In this document: positions 9,163 through 19,100 of the stretch, one piece after another
How positions within the stretch are numbered: position 1 is the stretch's first letter
Layout: each line of letters begins with the position of its first letter
Origin: a virus
Direction: 5' to 3' (one strand)
Length of the DNA: 64,000 bases
IMG/VR virus record: IMGVR_UViG_3300042887_003609
Coordinates: 1 to 64,000 of that record
The notes under the pieces: generated by a model
Seen by the model: only the letters and a program-made list of their open reading frames with translations
What the model was told of the DNA's origin: nothing
Database searches by the model: none
Made by a program: the position numbers and the translations under genes

Positions 9163-9369
9163 CTAACTCTTCTTTGTAAATTTTTCAACTACTGTACCAA
9201 ACACTGTTGCAATAGTCATATATTCAACAGCAGAAATAACTTCATCTTTGTGTCCTTCATCGGCAATAAACAATAAAACTACCAAAGATAAGAACCCAAC
9301 TGTGCCAAGGACTCTCTTATGAGAGGTCCCCTCAGCATTTGAAAACATTGTTTTAAAAAATTCTAGCAT
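9163..9369 (-). CDS. Small two-TM holin-like membrane protein
   Basis: SHKR followed by two hydrophobic segments; first gene of lysis cassette. Confidence 0.65.
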   Translation of the reverse strand: MLEFFKTMFSNAEGTSHKRVLGTVGFLSLVVLLFIADEGHKDEVISAVEYMTIATVFGTVVEKFTKKS

Positions 9370-9415
9370 AAAAATAAGATTAACCCCTGGATATACAAGG
9401 TTTATTAAGTACCTT

Positions 9416-9435
9416 GTACACTATAATATACGAAA
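9416..9435 (-). promoter_or_regulatory. Putative late promoter (TATATTATAGTGTAC on minus strand)
   Basis: 15-mer identical to 63755-63769; upstream of lysis cassette. Confidence 0.65.
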
Positions 9436-9450
9436 TAAATACAATAAATT

Positions 9451-9615
9451 ATGATAAAATTCAAGTTTAGTTTTTTACCAAGCCAAGATATGTTACTTGG
9501 TGTAAATTTAGATCATGGAAGTTATAAACTTCATTCAGAAGACGAGCCCAGAACTTTTAATAGATTAAAAATTGGACTCATCTTCTGTAATTTTCAGTTT
9601 CTTTACTTAATGTAG
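9451..9615 (+). CDS. Small 54-aa protein (not in ORF track)
   Basis: MIKFKFSFLPSQDMLLGVNL...LKIGLIFCNFQFLYLM fills the intergenic gap; A-rich leader. Confidence 0.55.
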   Translation: MIKFKFSFLPSQDMLLGVNLDHGSYKLHSEDEPRTFNRLKIGLIFCNFQFLYLM

Positions 9616-12600
9616 AAGTTCTTTGTATTTGAGTATGCTTCCCAACGTTGTATTTGATATACTAGTGGAATGATATCAAATAATTCTTTCTTAAGTTTTG
9701 ACTCACCTTTATGTATACCCCTTGAATAGATTCTTTCATCAGCTTCTTGAAAGGGGTATGCTGTAGTTTTTTCAATTACATCTGAAATTTCACCAAGATA
9801 TCTAGTTATTGCAACTGGATTTTTTGCCATTTGATAAAGTTCAGGTGTACCCACAATTGGAACCCAAGTCAATAATTCTTTACCTGTTCTATTGAAATCA
9901 TATGCAAATACATTTATTAAACGTTTTACATCTTCATCATCTTCACCTTCTGAAAGTTTAGAAAGTATAGTAAACAATATAAAAGACATTGCCATCCATG
10001 AAGCTTCACCAAGGTTTCTCATCATGTTTTGTTTTTGGAAATCATCTAACATATCCCAACTTTCTTTAAATCCGGTAAACCTAGTTTCTTTAAGGTATCC
10101 TAAAAACTGCCATAAGCTTCTATATCTACCTTCCATATCGCCTAAGTTAGCATCAACGTACCTCTTTTTAAATCTAGCTTTGTAAGCAGGATAAACCCAT
10201 TTATGGAATTGAGCAACTAACTGACCTAAGAATACATCTTGAATTACCATTCTATCTTCCCAAGCATAGTTACCATGAATTTCTTTATTCATTTCCCATA
10301 TATAGTTTGTAACATCAAACTTATCTCTATCAGTAAATTCAAATCCATCTTGTAATTCTAATTTACCTGTATTAGGGTTAAACTTAAATGCATCATATAA
10401 TGCTTTTGTTTCTCCCGTTTTACTGTTAACAATTTGTTTTGACATTACATATGCTATACCTGTTTTACTTTGTAGCATATATTCACCAGCTTTCTGGCCG
10501 GCATATGGTATTTTACCTAATTTGGCAATACTTGGAAAGTAATCATAAGATAATCCTGAATCTTTATCACGGATCATTCTAAAATAACTTACTACTGCTT
10601 CATACTTAGACTCTGCTTTTTTCTCACTATAATAACCATCTTTAGTACTAAAAGCTTTTTTAGAATACCCCGCTAAAAATTTAATTGATTCATTTTGTGC
10701 ACGCACTGCAGCTCTTCTATCATAGAACTTACCACCAATTGTTTCTATACTATTGGATATCTTACCAAAAATAAAGTTGTGAACATTACCAAATACGTTA
10801 AGACCAACATATTGAAAACTCATCATAGCCATTAATTTTTCAGTAGCATACTGTAAACTAGATTTTTGATATTTACTAGTGCTATAAAACACCATATCTA
10901 GAAACTTATCTAATCTTCTACTAACTCTAGACTGTACATTTCCATCAGCATATCTTACAGAAGCACTTGGGTTAATACCTTTTAACTTCTTTACGTACTC
11001 ATTAGGATTATTAGCATATTTCTTTTCTTTAAGCAAAGCATCTATAGCCAACAAACTATCTTCAACTGCAGACATCTTTTCAAAATTTTCTGCCATTGAT
11101 CTAAACATAACAAATGATTCAAATAAATCAGTGTTAAGTTCTTCGGGTGTTAGTTTATTTTGCTCCAATACTAATAAAGAATCAAGTCTTGCTAACTCAG
11201 TTTTATATTCATTAAGAGATTGTTTAGTTTTAGCTTTAGACTGAAAGTCTTTTTTTAATTCTTCTATACTTTCTTTTAACTCTTGAATCTTCTTTTCATT
11301 CTTTAAAGTACCTACATAGTATACAGGAACTCTTTTTAATGCTGTATCACCGGTTTCATCAGTTTGAATTTCTCTGATAATAGTACTGTTAGCTCGCTGA
11401 GTTTTGAAATTAAAAAAGTTTCTTAAAGATTTTAAAGTTAAAGCACCTACACTATAAGGTTTATCTTTTAACTTCTGATCAAATCTTGCTTCAATTAAAG
11501 GTATAGAACCTTTCATTAATCTTCTATCTTGTTCAGATAATTTACTTAATGAACCCTCATCATGTTCTCTAATCCAGAAATCATACCAATTTCTTCTAGC
11601 TATACCAAGAGAAGAATTATCATTTATAATAGCTTCATATCTTGGATTTAACAAACTTTGACCATCAGTAGTATAATCTCTAATCTCTATGTACTCTCTT
11701 TTTGGAAAATAACCTACTTCAGTTTCATCTGTAACAATACCAGTAGGTTCTCCTTTAGATTTAAGCATTTTGTTATACTCAACTCTATTGTAATATTTAG
11801 CTCTGTACTTTGCAATTTCTAAAGTACTAACATCAGATCTCGGAACCCATTGACCATATCTAAATACTTCATGTTTTGCTCTTGCTTCTAAAAACTCTTG
11901 AGCATATCTATGATATTTACCTGGTTTTAATTCTTTATCTTCATAGACTTCAGCAGCCATAAATTGACTTAAAGCTTGTCTATTGTTATAAAGATTTATA
12001 TTAAACTGTAGTTCTTCATCAGTTAAGTTATCACCTTGAATATATTGTAATCTTTTACCTTCTTTATCTTGAATAGCATTAATTAACTTATTCTTTATTT
12101 CATAATATACTTTACCTATTTTTCTAACATAACTACCATCAGGATTAATCATAAAACTATAATCAGGTTTACCACCTTGAGCAGTAGCTAATGCATTTGC
12201 ATATTTTACAGCTTCTTCAAGCGCGGCATCTGTAGCTTCTTCTTTTTGAAGAACTGCCTGTTTATAAATTCTAGCTGCAGTAGCAAGTAATTGATTAGGT
12301 GATGTATCCATATCACCAAAATTAAAGTCTTCAATGCTAATGTCTTCATCTATATATTCATCATCTGTAGACACAATTGAATTTAAATCTTCAAGAGTAA
12401 GATTATAGTTGTTATTATTCTTAACTAAGTTTTTAACTACATCTTGTAAAGACTGTTTAAACAGAGGATTACCAACTTCATTTAAAAGATTAATAGTATC
12501 TCTTAACATTCTTTGCTGGTCAGGATTATTTTCTAAAGTATTAACAAAGTCCTTTAATCCATTATAGGTATTTAAGAATTTACCAAAGTTAATTATAACA

Positions 12601-15600
12601 CCCGGTGCTGTTGGCTTATTTAAATTATCTTCATCACTAGCCCATTCAGCAAATGCATTTATTTCATCAGTTACTTCTCTTAAGAATCTACCAAAAGTTT
12701 GAACAGGTCTAACTTTAACTTCTTCTTTAATAAGATTAATTAAAGTACCAATCTTATCAATAGTATTAATTTTTGGTTTAAATACTCCTGATCCACCACT
12801 TAATTTTTTCAATACTTCTATTCTACTTTCTAAAGCAGGAGAAACAAAATTAGTCATGAACTCAATAATTCTATTTACAGTATCTTCAGATTCTTCTTGA
12901 ACTTCTGCTTGTTCTGCATTTATAGAATCTTTAAACCCATTAACATTTCTTTTACTTAGAACTAATCTATTTACATAAACTTGATTATCAGAAACATTAT
13001 GTGTTCTTTCAGTTTCCCAAATAAGATCTTTAATTTCTGCTTTTAATTTATTACCTGGATCTTGTTTTAAATATTCTTTTCTAGCTAGTATATAATCTTT
13101 ACCTTCTATTTCTACATTGTTTTGTGTAAATACTTTATTACCATTCTTATCAAACTTCTCAGCATATCTTACACCATCTTTAATGAAGAAAAACTCACCA
13201 TCTAATTTTATATTAATTGTAGTAGGTGTTGTAGTTGGAATGCCAAGTACTTCAAGTATTTTGCTATAAGTGTTTACTTGAATACCGTGTTGTGCTTTAG
13301 TACTTAAAGATACACCATCCGGTAAATCACTATTAATTAACTTCTCATCCTCATTATCATTTGCCTTTCTTTTTTTAACAGGAAACTTTCTAAGATAAGA
13401 AGGATCATCTACAGGAGTTCCATCCGGAGTAATTATAACTGTAGGGTTCTTAGACACTTTTAAATCAATAACTTTAGCAATACCTTCAGGTGAAATAACT
13501 AATATGTCTATACTACCAGCAATTGGATATCTATCTTCTTCTAAATAGTATTCTCTATTAGGATCAGCAACAGTTACCTGAGCTAAAACAATTGAACCGT
13601 CAGCCTGTAAAGAAGAAATATACTCAGACATTTGATCAAAAAAGTTTTTAATAAGTAAATTATTCTTTACTTCCGCAGGAGCTATTTCTTCAAATGTTTT
13701 ACCGTTGATTATATCTTCTACAATTTTATCAAAATCTTTACCTACTAATCTACTTATTTCATTTTCACCTAACTCTTCATAAAGTTTACCTTTAATACCT
13801 GTAGTTACAGACTTATAAATATGTTGATTTTCATCAAGATAAACATGATTTTCTTCATTTAACTCAACACGGGGTTCTTGATTAAACAGTTTATCTACAA
13901 CAACTTTTTGTTCTGATGTAGCACTCTCTTTTATTTTTTCAACTTTTTGGGGATCTATGCTATATCTTATTCTATCTGAAAATGCATTAAAAGTAAATAC
14001 TAAATCTGTAGTATGAATAAGATTTAATACATCAGATATTTTCATGTTTGGTTTTAAATCTTTTACTGTTAAATTAATTTTATTTCCAGTAAGCATGTTG
14101 TAAAGTTTATTTAAAAAATCTACAACCCAAGATTTAAACTGATTTAACTTTTCATTCCAAGAATCTAATTTACTTGGATCAAAACCTCTTGCAAAAGTTC
14201 TTGATAATGATTGTGTTACCATTTCAATCATTTGATCTTTAATAGTAAAACCTCTTTTTTCATTATAAGTACTTTTAATCTCTTGCCATAATGCAGGATA
14301 AGTAACTGTAGCTTCTCTAAATAAATTAGTAAACAATTCACTGTTGTCTGCTAAAAGAGCGTCTACAAAAGGATGCATCATTTCTTCAGCCGCAGTATCT
14401 GCAGTGTATCTACCTTTAATTAAATATGATGTACCTTTATAATAAAATCCTTTTACTTCAGCATTATCTAAATCATAAACTTTACCTAGTTCACCTAACA
14501 ATACTTTAGCTTGTTTTACAGTAATTGCTTCAACTTTAATTTGAGGAAATACCAAACTTAAATGAGCTATTATATTAGAAGCTGCCTTAGTTGCTTTATT
14601 AAAATGAATTTTATCTACTTCTACATCTAAACTTTTTGAAAAGTTTACTATTCTACCTTTCCCTGTTGAATATTCAGAAACAAATTCTTGAGGAATATTA
14701 TTAAAACTCAAATAGTTTCTTAACTTCTTAGAATTTTCAAAAGCATAACTTGGAGAATAATATCTTTCACCGGGTCTGGATCCAGTAATATACATTTCAC
14801 CATTATGCTTATGTAATATATTTTGTAATCTTAGATTTCTATATATATGATCACCAACAGATTCTTTTTTTCTTACTGAGAATTTAGGTGTTGGAGTTGA
14901 GACATCTATAGTATTTTGTTGAGCAACAAACTTTTTAAATCCTTCTATGTCTTGTTTGTTTCCTAGTATGTGGATTTGTTCTGGTTCAAATACTACAGTG
15001 TTTTCATGTACACCTTCTGAACCTTCTTCTCCTTGTATGCCAAAATTTTTTACATTTAAGTTTTCATTTCTAAGTCTTGTAACAGTTCCTGATACTAATC
15101 CAATTTTAGGAGTTAGCAATGTTTCAATATTCACTATTGCAGGAATAACAAAATCTTTTTCTTCTGGTCTAATTTCTCTCTCTAAGTTTACTCCATAAGA
15201 TATAGCAGTAGAAAGGTCTGAAAAAAATATACCTTTAAATTCTTTATCTTTATCTTTATTAAAAGACCAATTGCTTTTGTTAGTAGTAAGAAAACCATTT
15301 TGTAAAATATTGTTATAAGCCTCTCTGCCTTTCATTACACCATGATAAACAATATCCTTTATTTTACTATCTGGAAAGATAGTATCTAAGTATGCAGAGT
15401 ATTGCTGAGGTGTACCTACAGAAGCTAACTCAGAATTCTCATTAAATATTTCTTCTACTCCTGGTTTAATTTTAGATTGTGTTTCAAAAGTATCTGTTTC
15501 TACAGGAGTAGAAGTATTTATATATTTATCAAACTCTTCTACTGCTTCAGGTGATGTTATATTATCAATATTAACTTTACCTTTTGTAACAATAAACATT

Positions 15601-16130
15601 GAATCTGTATCTTCTTGATACATAGGATCTAACGTTGTAATATTTAAAACACTATTGTCACCGATGTTATCTATTAAATACTTTGTTTCATATCCTCTTA
15701 ATTGTTTTGCATCATCAGTATCCTCTTGAAAACTAACATCAATAACTTTATTAGTTTCAGTTGGAATAACAAAAGCATTCACTTTTGAATTATCTGCATA
15801 TTTTAAAGCTTGATCATAATTTGCAAAATAAGTTGTACCTAAAGAATATGGCTCATCCTTAATTTTTTCAGGTCTAAAAGCTAATATAAAATTTTGGTCT
15901 TTATACTTTTCATTTAAAAAAGCAATAAAATTATTAAAATCAGAAATGTTTAATAACTCTGGAGTATTTAAAAATAACTCTTTAATATTTTTATTACTTG
16001 CTAAAGCTTTTATTACATTTACATCTGGTAGATTATATTCATTATTTAAAAATAATCTATAAGCATCATCCTCACCTAGTAAAGATGATGCTGTTTTCCA
16101 TTCTTTTGAATTATAATTAGGACAAACCAT
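9603..16130 (-). CDS. Large polyvalent virion-ejected protein: ART-like domain(s), degenerate zincin, PD-(D/E)XK nuclease, helical/TM C-terminus
   Basis: VYHG...GIFFS...VVFEPEQI; AAEEMMHPF; AGSIDILV...VIDLK...QVNTY; adjacent to virion RNAP. Confidence 0.8.
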   Translation of the reverse strand: MVCPNYNSKEWKTASSLLGEDDAYRLFLNNEYNLPDVNVIKALASNKNIKELFLNTPELLNISDFNNFIAFLNEKYKDQNFILAFRPEKIKDEPYSLGTTYFANYDQALKYADNSKVNAFVIPTETNKVIDVSFQEDTDDAKQLRGYETKYLIDNIGDNSVLNITTLDPMYQEDTDSMFIVTKGKVNIDNITSPEAVEEFDKYINTSTPVETDTFETQSKIKPGVEEIFNENSELASVGTPQQYSAYLDTIFPDSKIKDIVYHGVMKGREAYNNILQNGFLTTNKSNWSFNKDKDKEFKGIFFSDLSTAISYGVNLEREIRPEEKDFVIPAIVNIETLLTPKIGLVSGTVTRLRNENLNVKNFGIQGEEGSEGVHENTVVFEPEQIHILGNKQDIEGFKKFVAQQNTIDVSTPTPKFSVRKKESVGDHIYRNLRLQNILHKHNGEMYITGSRPGERYYSPSYAFENSKKLRNYLSFNNIPQEFVSEYSTGKGRIVNFSKSLDVEVDKIHFNKATKAASNIIAHLSLVFPQIKVEAITVKQAKVLLGELGKVYDLDNAEVKGFYYKGTSYLIKGRYTADTAAEEMMHPFVDALLADNSELFTNLFREATVTYPALWQEIKSTYNEKRGFTIKDQMIEMVTQSLSRTFARGFDPSKLDSWNEKLNQFKSWVVDFLNKLYNMLTGNKINLTVKDLKPNMKISDVLNLIHTTDLVFTFNAFSDRIRYSIDPQKVEKIKESATSEQKVVVDKLFNQEPRVELNEENHVYLDENQHIYKSVTTGIKGKLYEELGENEISRLVGKDFDKIVEDIINGKTFEEIAPAEVKNNLLIKNFFDQMSEYISSLQADGSIVLAQVTVADPNREYYLEEDRYPIAGSIDILVISPEGIAKVIDLKVSKNPTVIITPDGTPVDDPSYLRKFPVKKRKANDNEDEKLINSDLPDGVSLSTKAQHGIQVNTYSKILEVLGIPTTTPTTINIKLDGEFFFIKDGVRYAEKFDKNGNKVFTQNNVEIEGKDYILARKEYLKQDPGNKLKAEIKDLIWETERTHNVSDNQVYVNRLVLSKRNVNGFKDSINAEQAEVQEESEDTVNRIIEFMTNFVSPALESRIEVLKKLSGGSGVFKPKINTIDKIGTLINLIKEEVKVRPVQTFGRFLREVTDEINAFAEWASDEDNLNKPTAPGVIINFGKFLNTYNGLKDFVNTLENNPDQQRMLRDTINLLNEVGNPLFKQSLQDVVKNLVKNNNNYNLTLEDLNSIVSTDDEYIDEDISIEDFNFGDMDTSPNQLLATAARIYKQAVLQKEEATDAALEEAVKYANALATAQGGKPDYSFMINPDGSYVRKIGKVYYEIKNKLINAIQDKEGKRLQYIQGDNLTDEELQFNINLYNNRQALSQFMAAEVYEDKELKPGKYHRYAQEFLEARAKHEVFRYGQWVPRSDVSTLEIAKYRAKYYNRVEYNKMLKSKGEPTGIVTDETEVGYFPKREYIEIRDYTTDGQSLLNPRYEAIINDNSSLGIARRNWYDFWIREHDEGSLSKLSEQDRRLMKGSIPLIEARFDQKLKDKPYSVGALTLKSLRNFFNFKTQRANSTIIREIQTDETGDTALKRVPVYYVGTLKNEKKIQELKESIEELKKDFQSKAKTKQSLNEYKTELARLDSLLVLEQNKLTPEELNTDLFESFVMFRSMAENFEKMSAVEDSLLAIDALLKEKKYANNPNEYVKKLKGINPSASVRYADGNVQSRVSRRLDKFLDMVFYSTSKYQKSSLQYATEKLMAMMSFQYVGLNVFGNVHNFIFGKISNSIETIGGKFYDRRAAVRAQNESIKFLAGYSKKAFSTKDGYYSEKKAESKYEAVVSYFRMIRDKDSGLSYDYFPSIAKLGKIPYAGQKAGEYMLQSKTGIAYVMSKQIVNSKTGETKALYDAFKFNPNTGKLELQDGFEFTDRDKFDVTNYIWEMNKEIHGNYAWEDRMVIQDVFLGQLVAQFHKWVYPAYKARFKKRYVDANLGDMEGRYRSLWQFLGYLKETRFTGFKESWDMLDDFQKQNMMRNLGEASWMAMSFILFTILSKLSEGEDDEDVKRLINVFAYDFNRTGKELLTWVPIVGTPELYQMAKNPVAITRYLGEISDVIEKTTAYPFQEADERIYSRGIHKGESKLKKELFDIIPLVYQIQRWEAYSNTKNFYIK

Positions 16131-16132
16131 TT

Positions 16133-19100
16133 TTATTTTTTCTTTTTACCTTTACAATTATTTTTAAAATCTTCAAGATCAGGGTCTTCATCTAAAATAT
16201 CATCCATACTAAATCCACCCATAAAACCTAATGCATTTACTGAATTATCTGCAGTTTCAGTTTCAGCTGGATTATTTTGTATAGATTTAATATTATCTTC
16301 TTTAGCTTCAGAATTAACAACAGAATCCTGCTCTTCAAATTTAACACTTTTACCAGACTTTATAAGCTTACTTAATACTTGCTCTGGGAATAATCCATTA
16401 AACTCAACTAAAACAAATCCATCAGCATCAAAGTATTTACCTGGAGTAAGCATATCTTGTCTTATGTTAAACTCAGTTTTTAATCTTTGTATAGCATTAG
16501 TAGCATTAATTTCATCGTTATTTACTACGGGTTGCTCTTCTTGTTTAAGATCTAATACTTCTATTGTTTCTTTAATATCTTCTTTAAGATTTTTAAGATC
16601 TAATCTAATAGACTCATTAGTAGGTATTGCACCTTCAAATATAAATCCTAATGGAGTAGCAGCTTTAACACCAATTTGTTTTGTTTTTCTATAAACAGCA
16701 CCACTACCAAAAGCCATTCCAAAGCCTTTACCAATATAATTAGTTAAATCTTTAGGAGCACCTTTATCAATAAGAGAAGTTTTTACACTTACTAATTCAT
16801 AATAAATATCTCTTTTTTCTTTTCCTAATTCAACTTTTTGTTTTATAACAAAAGGAAAACCAATTACTGTCTTTTTATCAAAAGATTTTAAAGGAAATCC
16901 GGATCTCTCAAGAAAATTTAAGTTATCTTTAAATTTTTCTTTATTAAATTCAGTAATTTCTTCTTGGTACTGTATTCCTTCATCAGAAGTTTTTATTCTT
17001 TCATATTTAACAGCTGTTCCAGCAAACATATCAACTGTAATATATTCACGATCACCTTTAGTTTTTTGTGAATCTACTACTCTAATTACACCTTCACCAG
17101 TTGCTCCAGGATAATATGCTGGGACAGTACCTATATCTTTCCATTTTTTTTCATCTATTTGACTAATACTTCTAACATAGAAACTATTATTAATATGTTT
17201 AGAATAGTTAGTGATAAAGTCTTTAATCAGATTTACAGGAGAAGCACCAAATATAATTCCAAATACTTTTTCTAAACTATCTAAATCTGTAAGATTATTT
17301 TGTTTAGACAATAAATCTAAAGCTTTATTTACAGATTTTAAATAAGGATCTAAAATCTCAGGAGGCATTACAGATAAGAAAGAACCTGATTTAAATTGTA
17401 ATCCGTCTTTTACCATAAGATATGATAACAAACCAAGAGCTTCATCTCTTGTATTAGGATCATTATATAAATCAATAATACTTAATTGTAATCTTTCAAT
17501 CTCTGGTTTAGTTAAACTAGCCCAAGTATTAGTCTCAACATAGTTAATATTTGTTCTATTAGCAAGATTTCTACGTGTTACTACTTCTTTATTCTGTATA
17601 ACATTTGTGATTACAGGAACATTATTTAAGAAATTTAAGAAAGTATTATCAGGAGATTTTTCTCTTAATGAATTAATAATAGCATTAATATTTTTAAAAC
17701 CTTCTTCTTGTTCAGCTTCTAACTGTCTATATATCAATGCATTATTAAGATATTTAGAATAAGAAGAAGATGCTCCTTTATTTGCTTCATTAGTAACAAA
17801 TGCTTTTAAAGTTAAATAAGAAAGTAAATCTTTATTTAAGTTCTCATTAAATTTATCTTCAAAACGTCTATTAACTTTAAAGTTTAACTTAACAGATTCA
17901 AAAAGTTTTTTGAAAAGAGGGGTTCTTCTGATAAACAAGAAACCAGAAAGTTTATCTATTTCTTGTACAATCTTAATATACTCTTTAACTTCAAATGCTT
18001 TAGTTTTAATAGCTTCTCTTAATCCTATAAAAGGTATACTTGATTCATCATAAGTTTCATCACTCATTGCAAAATCTTTTCCTTTAAGAGTTAGACCAAG
18101 ATCGGCTATGTCTTCAGCTAAACCATCAAGATCTTCAAAAGATTTACCTAAGCCCTGAGATATACGTACTATGTTAGCAAGTTTGGTAGCATATGTAGCC
18201 TGTTTAGAAAGCTCACTCCAAGTAAATAACAATTTATAGTTAACCTCTTTATTATCTTTTTCAGTTATACCTTTGTTTAAATCATCACTAGTAAGAATTA
18301 AGTTTTCAATATTTTCAGGTTTTAATGCTTTAAGTTTTTCTTCAAGTATTACGACTGCCGCTTTTTCTTCTTGTTGTGTTTTAAAAGCAGAATTATTATT
18401 TTTAAGAGCAGTATAATAATCTCTAATCACATTAGATGAAGTTATTTTAAGAGCTTTGTTAAAAGGAACTCCTAATGCAACCATGTAAGAAAGAATACCA
18501 ACAGCATCAGGATTTAAGTTAAACTTACTAGCTATAATAAGTTTAGCATTATCTGTCATTGCTGTTACTACAGCAGAAAGTAAATATGCTTTTCTTATAT
18601 CTCCAGCTTTATTAGTTCCAAAATCTCTGTATATGTTTGAAATTACTTTCTCTTTTTTAGTTTTAGAATCTATAACTTTATCATTAATTTGTAAATTAAA
18701 TACTTTATCGTTATCATTTTTAATAGATACTTTATGAGTATTTAAAAAATGGAAAGCTGTATTCATTACAACTGCAGGTCCGATACCTTCGGCACCTTCC
18801 ATAATATTACCAAAACCAGTAACCTTTCCAGTTAAACTATTAACATCAAAATTCTTATCATCTAATAATTCTAAAAATTCAGGATAGTCTTTAAATTCTT
18901 TTTCAAAAGATTCAATTACATCTTCAAAAGGTTGAGTATTTGCAGGATCAAATGAAATTGGGTTACTACCTTCTATTTTAGTGTCAACTGTAACTGCATT
19001 ATTAGATACAAAAGTTCTTCTTGCATTTACAATATTATTATGAAGAATTTCAGGTACAATTTGTTTTTTTATATTAGATGAATTTTCACCGGCTACTTTA

